Assembly: GCA_046290465.1 (NCBI GenBank)
Contig: JBKAGP010000001.1
Coordinates: 896,001 to 960,000 of the forward strand
DNA from: Planctomycetota bacterium
Lineage (GTDB): Bacteria; Planctomycetota; UBA1135; UBA2386
Direction of reading: 5' to 3'
Length of the DNA stretch: 64,000 nucleotides
The position numbers were made by a program, and so were the translations under genes. The notes under the pieces are model-generated. The model was not told the origin of the DNA. It saw only the letters and a program-made list of their open reading frames with translations, and made no database searches. Each line of letters opens with the position of its first letter. Position 1 is the first letter of the stretch. Positions 45,731-57,294 of the stretch are shown here, piece by piece.

Positions 45731-47812
45731 ATGTTGCGACCGTTCCTAGCCGTTCTCGCCGCCGTGCTGTTCCTGCCCGATGAAGGGCAATGGCTTCCGA
45801 CCCAGATCCGCGAGATGGACTGGGACGCGCTGAAGCAGCGCGGCATGGAGCTGACCAAGGACGAGTTCTGGCACCCGACCAAGGGTGGCGTGCTGTCCGC
45901 GACCGTGCAGATCAACGGCTGCACCGCGTCGTTCGTGTCGAAGGACGGCCTGCTGGTCACCAACCACCACTGCGGCTTCGGCGCGGTCAGCGCGCTGAGC
46001 ACCCCCGAGGCCAACCACCTGCGCGACGGCTTCACCGCCGCCACGCGCGAGCAGGAACTGCCGGCCCCCAACATGGTCGCGACCGTGCTCAAGCGCATCG
46101 AGAACGTCACCGACAAGGTGCACCAGGCGCAGCAGGAGGCGACCACCGACCTCGAGCGCTGGTCGATCACCCAGCAGACGATCGCACGCCTGGTCGCCGA
46201 GGGCGAGCGCAGCGAACCGAACACCAAATGCTCGGTCGCGTCGTTCCTCGAAGGCAAGGAGTACCACCTCTACTACCGCACCCAGATCCGCGACGTGCGG
46301 CTGGTCTACGCGCCGCCGCGCGCGATCGGCGAGTTCGGCGGCGAGGTCGACAACTGGGAGTGGCCGCGCCACACCGGCGACTTCACGTTCTTCCGCGCCT
46401 ACGTCGCGCCGGACGGTTCGGTGCGCGACCACGACGACGACAACGTCCCGTTTCAGCCCGAGCACTTCCTGAAGACGGCCACCAGGCCGATCGAGGAAGG
46501 CGACCTCGCGATCATCATGGGCTACCCGGGCAGCACCCAGCGCTACAAGACCAGCGCCGGCGTCGCGACCCAGGAGGGCTACGTGTTCCCGGCGCGCCTG
46601 CGCGTGCTGACCAAGGCGATCGAGGTGCTCGAGCACGCCGGCGAACAGAGCGAGGCGATGGCGCTGCAGGTCGCGAGCGAGAAGAAGTCGCTCGCCAACA
46701 TCCAGAAGAACGCCGCCGGCATGATCTTCGGCCTCAAGAACAACGCCGTGGTCGCGCGCAAGCTGCGCGAGGAGGCCGAGCTGGCGGCCGCCGGTGACGG
46801 CGACAACGCCGAACTGCTGAAGCAGATGCTCGCCGACGCCGAGGCCGAGGCGAACGTCATCGAGAAGGACACCAACATGTGGTTCGTCGCGGTGCTGCGC
46901 GACAACCTGCCGCTGTTCGACGTGCTGATGCAGGGCTGCAACGCGGTCGCGCGCGGTGGCCGCATCAGCCAGCGCGGCCTCGACATGATCGGCGGCGAGG
47001 GCATCGAGAAGGACCTCGACCTGATCCAGAAGCCGATGCTGCGCATCCTGCTCGCCGAGTGGGCCGCGATCGGCAAGGAGCAGCGACTCGCCGGCACCGA
47101 GATGCTCGGCGACGGCGACGAGGCGGTGCTCGACACGGTGATGGCGACGACCCAGATGTTCGATGCCGACAAGCGCCGGGAGCTGTTCGCCGGCGGCAAG
47201 GAAGCCGTCGCGGCCAGCGACGACCCGCTGATCGTGCTGGCCCGCGGCATCCACGACGAGTACCAGCAGTGGCTGCAGCGCCGTCGCGAACGCGAGGGCC
47301 GCAAGCTCGACGTCGGCCGCCGCTGGATCGCGGCGCAGGAGGCCTACCGCGGCAAGTCGTTCTACCCCGACGCCAACAGCACGCTGCGCGTGTCGATCGC
47401 CGAGGTCAAGAGCTACGAGCCGCGCGACGGCGTGCACTACAAGGCGCAGACGACCGTCGCCGGCCTGCTGCAGAAGGAGACCGGTGAGGAGCCGTTCAAC
47501 AACCCGAAGGCGCTGCTCGCCGCCGCCAAGGACCGGATGAAGAGCCGCTGGGTCGTGCCGCACCTCGGCGACGTGCCGGTGTGCTTCCTGACCAACGGCG
47601 ACACCACCGGCGGCAACTCCGGTTCGCCGGTCATCAACGGCCGCGGCGAACTGATCGGCCTCAACTTCGACCGCGTGTTCGAGAACGTCGCCGGCGACTT
47701 CGGCTGGAATCCCGAACGGTCGCGCAACGTGGTCTGCGACTTCCGTTACGTGCTGTGGGTGCTCGAGGACGTGCAGCCCGCGCCGAACCTGCTGAAGGAA
47801 CTCGGCGTCTGA
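45731..47812 (+). CDS. S46-family dipeptidyl peptidase (Arg at the S1 position, DPP11-like)
   Basis: DEGQWLP, GCTASFVSKDGLLVTNHHC, DNWEWPRHTGDF, GYPGST, YPDANSTLR, DTTGGNSGSP, FDRV. Confidence 0.93.
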   Translation: MLRPFLAVLAAVLFLPDEGQWLPTQIREMDWDALKQRGMELTKDEFWHPTKGGVLSATVQINGCTASFVSKDGLLVTNHHCGFGAVSALSTPEANHLRDGFTAATREQELPAPNMVATVLKRIENVTDKVHQAQQEATTDLERWSITQQTIARLVAEGERSEPNTKCSVASFLEGKEYHLYYRTQIRDVRLVYAPPRAIGEFGGEVDNWEWPRHTGDFTFFRAYVAPDGSVRDHDDDNVPFQPEHFLKTATRPIEEGDLAIIMGYPGSTQRYKTSAGVATQEGYVFPARLRVLTKAIEVLEHAGEQSEAMALQVASEKKSLANIQKNAAGMIFGLKNNAVVARKLREEAELAAAGDGDNAELLKQMLADAEAEANVIEKDTNMWFVAVLRDNLPLFDVLMQGCNAVARGGRISQRGLDMIGGEGIEKDLDLIQKPMLRILLAEWAAIGKEQRLAGTEMLGDGDEAVLDTVMATTQMFDADKRRELFAGGKEAVAASDDPLIVLARGIHDEYQQWLQRRREREGRKLDVGRRWIAAQEAYRGKSFYPDANSTLRVSIAEVKSYEPRDGVHYKAQTTVAGLLQKETGEEPFNNPKALLAAAKDRMKSRWVVPHLGDVPVCFLTNGDTTGGNSGSPVINGRGELIGLNFDRVFENVAGDFGWNPERSRNVVCDFRYVLWVLEDVQPAPNLLKELGV

Positions 47813-47817
47813 TCGCC

Positions 47818-48801
47818 ATGCTCGACATGCAGATACGAGTCCTTGCCCTCGCGCTCACGGTCGCGCTCGCCCCCGCGTCCCTGGTCGCACAGGAGACGGA
47901 GGCCGCCACCCAGGCGAAGCCCCCGTCGCTCACCACCTACGGCTGGAAGGCCCCGTCCTCGGCCATCGTCACCGAAGACATCACCAAGAAGGGCGAGAGC
48001 AGCAAGATGCGCTACCGGCTCGCGATGACGCCGCGTGAGGGCGGCGGCATCCGCATCGCCTACGAGGACTTCCGCTTCGTCCAGTTCCACGACATGGACA
48101 TGGAGTCGCCGAAGGTGCAGAAGGTGCTCGAGACGATCACGGCGATGACCGCGGCGATCCCCGACCTGCACGTGCACGCGGACGGCCGCTTCGACGAGGC
48201 CAGCGGCGTCGACGAGTGCATCGACACGGTCGTCGAGTTCATGGCCAAGATGCGCGGCATGGGCCCTGCCGAGAAGAAGCGGCTGCGCGCCGTGATGCGC
48301 ACGCCCGCCGCGACGGCGATGATGAAGGAAGGCGTGGCGCAGTACTGGCGCACCTGGGTCGGCGCGTGGCACGGCTGGACGCTCGCGGCAGGCGAGAAGC
48401 ACACCGAGAAGACGCAGCTGCAGCTGCTCGGCAAGGGCCGCGAGGCGACCGTGCACACCGAGCACCTGCCCGCTCCAGCCGACCACCCCGGCTGCGTCGC
48501 GCTCAAGATGGTGATCGAGAGCGAGCCCGCGCACTTCGGCATGGACGCGGCGTTCTTCATCGCCGAGCTGGTACCGAAGGTTCAGGCGGCGGGCGGCGTC
48601 GCCGCCGGCGAGAACCGCCTCAAGCTGTCGTACCGCGAGACGCTGACGGTGATCACCGACCCGAAGACCATGCGGACGAAGGTCGCCACGTCGGACCGCA
48701 CGATCACGCTGCACGACTCGGCGACGGAAGAGACGCACGAACAGGTCGAGAAGCACCGCTACGAGTTCGACTGGAAGGGCGCCGAGAGCAGCGACAAGTG
48801 A
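47818..48801 (+). CDS. Secreted hypothetical protein
   Basis: Signal peptide (RVLALALTVALAPASLVAQ), strong codon bias, lies between the S46 and DUF72 genes with tight spacing. Confidence 0.75.
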   Translation: MLDMQIRVLALALTVALAPASLVAQETEAATQAKPPSLTTYGWKAPSSAIVTEDITKKGESSKMRYRLAMTPREGGGIRIAYEDFRFVQFHDMDMESPKVQKVLETITAMTAAIPDLHVHADGRFDEASGVDECIDTVVEFMAKMRGMGPAEKKRLRAVMRTPAATAMMKEGVAQYWRTWVGAWHGWTLAAGEKHTEKTQLQLLGKGREATVHTEHLPAPADHPGCVALKMVIESEPAHFGMDAAFFIAELVPKVQAAGGVAAGENRLKLSYRETLTVITDPKTMRTKVATSDRTITLHDSATEETHEQVEKHRYEFDWKGAESSDK

Positions 48802-49814
48802 GCCGCCGCAAGGACACGCCCAACCAGCTCGGCCTGTTCGGACCGATCGAGGACGAGCAGCCGGCGCGACCGAAGCTCGCCGCGGCGGAGGTGCCCGACG
48901 ACGTGCGCGCGCTCGGCGAACGGCTGTCGCGCCGCATCCACCTCGGCACGTCGTCGTGGGCGTTCGCCGGCTGGCGTGGGATCGTCTACGCCGAGGACGC
49001 ACCGCAGCGGCACCTGTCGCGCCACGGCCTCGGCGCCTACGGCCAGCACCCGCTGCTGCGCACCGTCGGGGTGGACCGCACCTTCTATGCGCCGATCCCG
49101 GCCGAGGAGTTCGCCGGCTACGCCGAACAGGTGCCCGACGACTTCCGCTTCCTGGTCAAGGCCTGGGGCGAAGTCACCTCCCCGACGCTGCCTGGTCGCA
49201 CCGGCCTCAACCCCAACCACCTCGACGCCGACTGCGCGCTCGACCATTGCGTCGCCCCTGCGCGCGAAGGCCTCGGCGACAAGCTCGGGCCGATGCTGTT
49301 CCAGTTCCCGCCGCAGGGCGGAGCGATCACGCGCAAGCCCGACGCGTTCGCAGACCGGCTGCACGGCTTCTTCGACGCGCTGCCGAAGGGGCCGCGCTAC
49401 GTCGTCGAGCTGCGCGACGAGCAGCTGTTCACCGGGCGCTACGTCGAGGCGCTGCGCGCGGCCGGCGCGCAGCACGGCTACGTCGCGCACCCGCGCATGC
49501 CGTCGCTGCAGCGCCAGCGTGAGGTCGCGCCGATCGCGGGGCCGACCACGGTGCGCTGGATGCTGCACCAGGGCTTCGCCTACGAGCAGGCCAAGGAGCG
49601 TTACCAGCCGTTCGACGCGCTGGTCGACCAGGATCCGGGCACGCGCCAGGCGATCGTCGACATGGCCAGGGAGGCGATCGCGCTCGACGTCGAGATGGTC
49701 GTCGTCGTCAACAACAAGGCCGAGGGCAGCTCGCCGCTCAGCGTGCTCGAGCTGGCGCGCGCGATCGTTCAGGCATCGGTCGACGCGAACGACCGCTCGA
49801 CCTCGCGGTCGTAG
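48798..49814 (+). CDS. DUF72 (YecE-like) TIM-barrel protein
   Basis: HLGTSSW, WRGIVY, DRTFY, PDDFRFLVKA, LGPMLFQFP, VELR, VNNKAEG; GTG start overlaps the upstream stop. Confidence 0.88.
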   Translation: MSRRKDTPNQLGLFGPIEDEQPARPKLAAAEVPDDVRALGERLSRRIHLGTSSWAFAGWRGIVYAEDAPQRHLSRHGLGAYGQHPLLRTVGVDRTFYAPIPAEEFAGYAEQVPDDFRFLVKAWGEVTSPTLPGRTGLNPNHLDADCALDHCVAPAREGLGDKLGPMLFQFPPQGGAITRKPDAFADRLHGFFDALPKGPRYVVELRDEQLFTGRYVEALRAAGAQHGYVAHPRMPSLQRQREVAPIAGPTTVRWMLHQGFAYEQAKERYQPFDALVDQDPGTRQAIVDMAREAIALDVEMVVVVNNKAEGSSPLSVLELARAIVQASVDANDRSTSRS

Positions 49815-50353
49815 ACCACCACGTCCGGGATCTCGCGGTAGCGCTCGTCGAGGTCCATGCCGAAGCCGATCACGAACTCGTCGGGGATCTCGAAGCCGAC
49901 GTGCTCGACCACCACGTCGACGACGCGGCGCGACGGCTTGCTGAGCATCGTCGCCACGCGCACCCGGCGGGCGCCGAGGCCGAGGAAGTGCTTGCGCAGC
50001 GCATCGACGGTGCGGCCGGTGTCGACGATGTCCTCGAGCAGCAGCACGTCGCGGTCCTTGACGGTCGCGGCGTCGAGGCCACCGAGCATCGAGATGCGCA
50101 CCTCACCGGTGCTCTCGGTGCCTTCGTACGACTTCGCGCGAACCTCGTGCACGACCTGGCCGGGGAAGCCGTTCTGCACCAGCCGCGCAAACGGCCGCGC
50201 GCCCTCGACGACCTGCACCAGGCACGGCGGCTGCTCGCCGAGCTCCCGCTTCAGCTCGCGCGTGATCTCGATCGCGCGCCGCAGGATCTCGATGCTCGAG
50301 AACAGCACGCGAAACGGCGGGAAGCGAGAGGACAGCGAAGCGGGTTGGGGCAC
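49769..50353 (-). CDS. hpt: Hypoxanthine phosphoribosyltransferase
   Basis: KSYEGTESTGEV, LLEDIVDTGRT, KPSRR, GFEIPDEFVIGFGMD. 3' end overlaps the convergent DUF72 gene by 46 nt. Confidence 0.88.
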   Translation of the reverse strand: MPQPASLSSRFPPFRVLFSSIEILRRAIEITRELKRELGEQPPCLVQVVEGARPFARLVQNGFPGQVVHEVRAKSYEGTESTGEVRISMLGGLDAATVKDRDVLLLEDIVDTGRTVDALRKHFLGLGARRVRVATMLSKPSRRVVDVVVEHVGFEIPDEFVIGFGMDLDERYREIPDVVVYDREVERSFASTDA

Positions 50354-50356
50354 GTC

Positions 50357-52156
50357 TCAGAAGGTGATGAAGACCTCGGGCGACGAAACGCCGCGCACGG
50401 TGAGTTGGAAGTCGAGCACGATGTGCGCCGCGACGATCGGGATCCCGGCGATCGGGTTGGGCGGCGGCAGCAGCACGTCGGTCGAACGATACCCGCCGAG
50501 CGGCATCAGCGCGATCAGTTCGCCGGCGCCGAGGGTCGACTGGAACAGCGAGTCGACGTTGAGCGGGATCTGCGCGCCCCCGAACAAGAACCCAGGCGAC
50601 GCACCGTAGCTGAGGCCGAGCACGCTGAACTGGAACGCCTCGTCGAGCGCGGTCGCGTGCAGCGTGAACCGGTCCGCACGCACCGAAACCGCCGCCAGCA
50701 CCGCGTGCTCGGTGTCGTCGGCGGCGTTGCTCGCGCCCGGCGTGCCGCGGTCCCCCGCCCCGTAGACCGTGGTCGCGTCGGCGAAGTTCCAGCCCCCGGC
50801 GGTCCCGCTCGGCGCCAGCAGGTCGACGCGTTCGGCCGCGACGCCGTTGCCGCCCGGGAAGCCGGCGCCGTAGCTGACGCCGTCGATCGTGACGCCGCCG
50901 CGCTGCAACGTCACCGAGTCCGACGTGTTGGCCAGCGCCAGCGACGAGAACGGCAGCGCCACCCCCAGCGGCTGGCCGCCGTTGCGGCTCGGCGCCCCGT
51001 CGATCTGGAACAGCAGCGCGCGGCCGGGCACCAGCTGGTAGTTGCTGGCCAGCGTCACCGTGCCGGCGTTGTCGCTCAGCTGCAGGCCGTCGAGCGCGAG
51101 CGGCGCGCTGCCGACGTTGACCACTTCGAGGTACTCCCCGCTGCTGTCGGGCACGACCGACGGATTGCGCTGCAGCTCGCTGATGCGCAGATCCCCGGCC
51201 GCGATCGGTCGCGGCGCGACCTCGTCGCAGTAGAAGTCCAGGAAGTCGCCGTTGCCGGCGGTCGCGCGGTAGCGGAAGCCGTCGGTGTCGAGGCGCAGGT
51301 CGCCGACCACGCCGAAGCCGATCGTATTGGCGCTGCCGGTCGTCGTCGCCAGCAGCGCGCGCGCCGCCAGCGCCTGGTTGATCCGGTTGACGACGTTGGC
51401 CGTCGGATGGCCGAAGCCGTTGCCGGCGCCGCACGAGACCACCGCGAGTTCGGGGTCGAGCACCGACACCAGCGTGGTGCCGGTCGACGTGTTGGAGCCG
51501 TGGTGGTTGAGCTTGTAGACGTCGACGTCGCCGCAGGCGAACACCGCCTGGCCCTCGACGTCGGCGGTGCTGTTGCCACCGCCGGTCAGGTCCCCGCCGA
51601 GCCACATCGAGAAGTCGCCGTAGTCGAGCCGCATCACGACCGAACGGGCGTTCTCCTCCTGGGCCTGCGCCGGGTTGACGAAGCCGCCGCCGAGGATCTG
51701 GCCGTTGGCGCAGATGCAGGTCATCGTCGCACCGCCGCCGAGCTGGTAGACGGCCCCCACCGCGACCGTCTGGCGGCGCGCGCCGGCGGCGCCGACGTAG
51801 TCGTTGAAGCTGATCGTCGTCGGCGTGTTGACGCTGCCGCGATCGAGCGCGGTCTGGAACGGCAGCGCGCCGAGCACCGTGTCGAGGCCACCGAGGTGGT
51901 CGCTGTGGAAGTGCGAACAGACCGTGTAGCCGTAGCCGGTCGGCTGCAGCGACTGGATCAGCGGCAGCATGGTCGCCGCCCCCTGGCCGTTGGGCCCCGC
52001 GTCGACGCAGTGCACGGTGCCGTCCGGCGCGCGGATCACGACGCCGTCTCCCTGGCCGACGTCGGCGATCACGACGGTCAGCCCTTGCGGCGGATCGGCC
52101 TGGCTTCCCTGCGGAACGGGCGCGCTCAGCGCCAGGGTCAGGATGGTGGCGAGCAT
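50357..52156 (-). CDS. Secreted ComEC/Rec2-type metallo-beta-lactamase-fold hydrolase with lamin-tail domain
   Basis: Signal peptide; DVGQGD, DAG, SHFHSDHLGG, NARSV, GD, HHGS, S.G..N.FGHP; lamin-tail-type ISELQRNP...GEYLEVVN...GTPG. Confidence 0.85.
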   Translation of the reverse strand: MLATILTLALSAPVPQGSQADPPQGLTVVIADVGQGDGVVIRAPDGTVHCVDAGPNGQGAATMLPLIQSLQPTGYGYTVCSHFHSDHLGGLDTVLGALPFQTALDRGSVNTPTTISFNDYVGAAGARRQTVAVGAVYQLGGGATMTCICANGQILGGGFVNPAQAQEENARSVVMRLDYGDFSMWLGGDLTGGGNSTADVEGQAVFACGDVDVYKLNHHGSNTSTGTTLVSVLDPELAVVSCGAGNGFGHPTANVVNRINQALAARALLATTTGSANTIGFGVVGDLRLDTDGFRYRATAGNGDFLDFYCDEVAPRPIAAGDLRISELQRNPSVVPDSSGEYLEVVNVGSAPLALDGLQLSDNAGTVTLASNYQLVPGRALLFQIDGAPSRNGGQPLGVALPFSSLALANTSDSVTLQRGGVTIDGVSYGAGFPGGNGVAAERVDLLAPSGTAGGWNFADATTVYGAGDRGTPGASNAADDTEHAVLAAVSVRADRFTLHATALDEAFQFSVLGLSYGASPGFLFGGAQIPLNVDSLFQSTLGAGELIALMPLGGYRSTDVLLPPPNPIAGIPIVAAHIVLDFQLTVRGVSSPEVFITF

Positions 52157-52248
52157 GGGCCGAACAGGATAGCGGATCGATGGCCACCGCCGCGCTCCCG
52201 TGCACATCAAGCTGTCGCCAAGGTGCGGCCCCGCTATCGTGCGATGCC

Positions 52249-54388
<2,140 letters not shown>

Positions 54389-54401
54389 TAGCGAGCGATC
54401 G

Positions 54402-55643
54402 ATGCGACGCGACTCCTTCCTGTCCGACGACTGCCCGCCGATGGGCATCTACGAGACGCTCTACGCGTTCCACGACAGCTTCGGCCAGTTCATGGGAACG
54501 CCCGGCACCCACCCGTGGTCGCAGGGCTTCCCGCTGACGACGCCGCTGCCGGGCGGGCCGGAGCTGCCGGCCAGCGTCGACGTGACCTGGGAGGATCGCT
54601 TCTACCCCAAGGCGTGGGGCCACCCGCGCCTGCGCCAGGCGATCGCCGACCACTACAACGGCTTCTACGGCTCGAGCATCACGCCGGAGAACGTGATGGT
54701 GTTCGCCGGCGGCCGTCCGGGCATCTACACGCTGCTGGCGTTCTTGAAGCGCCACGTCGAGGTGCGCATCGGCAACGTCGAGTGGCCGGCCTACCTCGAC
54801 ATCCTGACGCAGACCGGCTGCAGCTGGCGCGTGGTGCCGTTCACCAAGGAGAACGGCTTCCACCCGCCCAACTCGGCCTACTTCGATCGCAGCGGCCTCA
54901 ACAGCAAGACCCACCTGCTGCCGGTGATCAGCAACCCCGGCAACCCGACCGGCCACACCCGCTGCGGCGCCGAGCTCGAGGAGCTGATCGCGATGGCCGA
55001 GCAGCCCGGCAACGGCATCCTGCTCGACGAGGCCTACGAGATGTTCCACGAGTCGAAGGGCGTCAGCGGCATCCGCTACGTCAAGGACCTCGACGACAGC
55101 AACGTGTTCCTCGCCGGCGCCTGCACCAAGGGGCTGCAGTGCCCGGGCATCCGCATCGGCTGGATGATCGCGAGCAAGGCGAACATCGAGACGATGTCGA
55201 ACTTCTCCAGCTTCGGCATGGGCGGCGTCAGCCATCCCTCGCAGCTCTACGCGGCCGAACTGCTCGAGCCCGATCGCGTGGCGCGGGCGCGTGACGCGGT
55301 GGTCTCGCACTACGGCATGCAGCGCGAACGCTACGGCCGCGCGTTCGCCGAGATGGGCCTCGGCGTGCACACCGGCGACGGCGGCTTCTACCACTGGCTC
55401 GAGCTGCCCGAAGGCCTGAACGCCGACGAGCTGAACCGGCGGCTGTTCCGCCACGGCGCGGCGATCCTGAAGGGCTTCGACTGCGACATGGCGCGGCCGC
55501 ACCAGAAGGACCCGGACTACGTCTCGCCCTACCACGGCTACTTCCGGTTCTCGTTCGGGCCGCTGCTGCCCGAGACGTTCGAGTCGGACGTCGCGATCCT
55601 GCAGCAGGTGCTCGACGAATACCGTCGCGACGCGGGCAAGTAG
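54402..55643 (+). CDS. PLP-dependent aminotransferase class I/II
   Basis: ISNPGNPTG, LLDEAY, CTKG...PGIRIGW (PLP lysine), GGFY, FRFS. Confidence 0.88.
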   Translation: MRRDSFLSDDCPPMGIYETLYAFHDSFGQFMGTPGTHPWSQGFPLTTPLPGGPELPASVDVTWEDRFYPKAWGHPRLRQAIADHYNGFYGSSITPENVMVFAGGRPGIYTLLAFLKRHVEVRIGNVEWPAYLDILTQTGCSWRVVPFTKENGFHPPNSAYFDRSGLNSKTHLLPVISNPGNPTGHTRCGAELEELIAMAEQPGNGILLDEAYEMFHESKGVSGIRYVKDLDDSNVFLAGACTKGLQCPGIRIGWMIASKANIETMSNFSSFGMGGVSHPSQLYAAELLEPDRVARARDAVVSHYGMQRERYGRAFAEMGLGVHTGDGGFYHWLELPEGLNADELNRRLFRHGAAILKGFDCDMARPHQKDPDYVSPYHGYFRFSFGPLLPETFESDVAILQQVLDEYRRDAGK

Positions 55644-55644
55644 C

Positions 55645-55687
55645 CCGACCGCTGAACCGACGGCCGCGCGCGGCCGTTCGCGGTCGG
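55645..55687. terminator. Long GC-rich stem-loop filling the intergenic gap after the aminotransferase
   Basis: ccgaccgc...gcggtcgg arms enclose the perfect 18-nt palindrome acggccgcgcgcggccgt (55660-55677). Confidence 0.4.
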
Positions 55688-55688
55688 T

Positions 55689-57248
55689 GTGATCCGGCGG
55701 CCCATTGCCCTCTCCGCCGCGCTGCTGTTGGTCGCGTGTTCCCGACGCGATGCGACCGCGGTGCGCTCCGTGCGACCCGACGCGCCCGAAGTGCGGGCGC
55801 TGGTGCTCGAACTCGGCGAAGGCGAACGCGCCTACACTTGGATGGGGTGGCCCGACCAGCAGCCGGCGGCGATGGCGCAGCTGGTCGCCATGGGGCCGCG
55901 GGCGGTGCCGGCGCTGCTCCACCACGCGAAGTCGAGCCCCGATCGCTGGACGCGCGTGCTGCTGATCGACGTGCTCGGCCGCATCGGTGACCGCCGCGCG
56001 CTGCCGTTCGTGCGCGGGCGCCTGCACGACGCCGACGCGGACGTGCGCAGCGTAGCCGACGCGGCGCTGCTGCAGCTGCTGCCCGACGCCGAGCTGCTGG
56101 CGCTGCAGAAGGGACCGCAGCGCCTCGAGATCCTGGCCGAGCGCGTGCGTCGCGGCGACCTGCAGGCGATCGACGAGCTGCTGCGCATCGCGACGCCCGG
56201 CTCGGCGACGTTCGGCACGATCGTCGACGCGGTGCTGCTGCACGCGCCGCTGCGACAGGCGCTCGGCTTCGGCCCCGACGAGATGGCGCTCGTCCTCGAC
56301 GACGAGGGCTTCCTGCTGGCCGCCAGGGAGTGGTACATCGAGCACGTTCGTGGCGAACGGTCGCCGTGGAAGCCCGATCCAGCGCGTGACGCGGCCGCGC
56401 TGGCGACGCCGGCGGGCATGCACGCCTATGCGGCGTTGGCCGAGACGGCGGACGCGTTCGACTGGATGGGGTCGCTGCGGGTGATCCCCAAGCAGGTCTC
56501 GCCATCGGCGCCCCGGGCAATGACTGCGGTGCTGGCCTACGGACACGGTTCGACCGTGCTGTTCGACTCGATCCGGCGCGCGCCGGATGGCTGGGTCGTC
56601 GACCGCGTGGTCGCGACGGTGCCCCGGTTCGATGCGACGTTCGCGAGCCAGCCGCCGAGCCACCGTCACTACAGCGCGCCGATCGCCGACGAGCCCTACC
56701 GCCGCTTGCGGCACGCCCTCGAAGCGATCCTGGCCGCCGACGTGCGGGCCTGGTGGTCCGGGCCCCACGCCGGGTTGGCCACGTCGTCGGGCAACTACAC
56801 GTTCGCCATCGCCGGGCTCGCCGAAGAACTGCAGTGGCAGGGCTACCCGAGCAGCGAGCGTCGCGCTGCCCTCGTGCGGATCGAAGCGGCCAAGGACCAC
56901 TACCTCGACACGCTGCCGCCGCTGCAGGAGGCGAGCATGGTGCGCCACGAGGTGCTCGATCCGGTGCTGCTCGACGTCTGGCACCAGCACGCGCCCACGA
57001 TCGGCCGCCCGCGCAGCTACGGATACCTGCAGCGTCGCCTGCTCGCCGCCACCGCTTCGATCGGAACTCCGGCGATGGCAGAACCGCTGCGCGGCTGGTT
57101 CGCGACCAAGGCCGCGCCGAGCGCAGCCGACGCCGCCCTCTGCAACGCCTACGCCGCGTGCTCGGGCCTGGACCTGCGCTTCGACCCCGACGGCACGCCA
57201 CGCTCCGCCATCGACACCTTCACCGCCTACCGCACCCACCTCCGCTGA
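55689..57248 (+). CDS. HEAT-repeat lipoprotein, hypothetical
   Basis: Lipobox LLVAC; HEAT-like LVAMGPRAVPALL, VLGRIGDRRALP, LHDADADVRSVA. Confidence 0.65.
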   Translation: MIRRPIALSAALLLVACSRRDATAVRSVRPDAPEVRALVLELGEGERAYTWMGWPDQQPAAMAQLVAMGPRAVPALLHHAKSSPDRWTRVLLIDVLGRIGDRRALPFVRGRLHDADADVRSVADAALLQLLPDAELLALQKGPQRLEILAERVRRGDLQAIDELLRIATPGSATFGTIVDAVLLHAPLRQALGFGPDEMALVLDDEGFLLAAREWYIEHVRGERSPWKPDPARDAAALATPAGMHAYAALAETADAFDWMGSLRVIPKQVSPSAPRAMTAVLAYGHGSTVLFDSIRRAPDGWVVDRVVATVPRFDATFASQPPSHRHYSAPIADEPYRRLRHALEAILAADVRAWWSGPHAGLATSSGNYTFAIAGLAEELQWQGYPSSERRAALVRIEAAKDHYLDTLPPLQEASMVRHEVLDPVLLDVWHQHAPTIGRPRSYGYLQRRLLAATASIGTPAMAEPLRGWFATKAAPSAADAALCNAYAACSGLDLRFDPDGTPRSAIDTFTAYRTHLR

Positions 57249-57294
57249 CCCGTTCGGCAAGCCCGCTACCGGAACCGAACGTCCGGACCGGGGG

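Noticed and set aside
49769..49814. 46-nt overlap of convergent DUF72 and hpt as an antisense regulatory device
   Set aside because: Short 3' overlaps are common in GC-rich genomes where stop codons are scarce; no further support.
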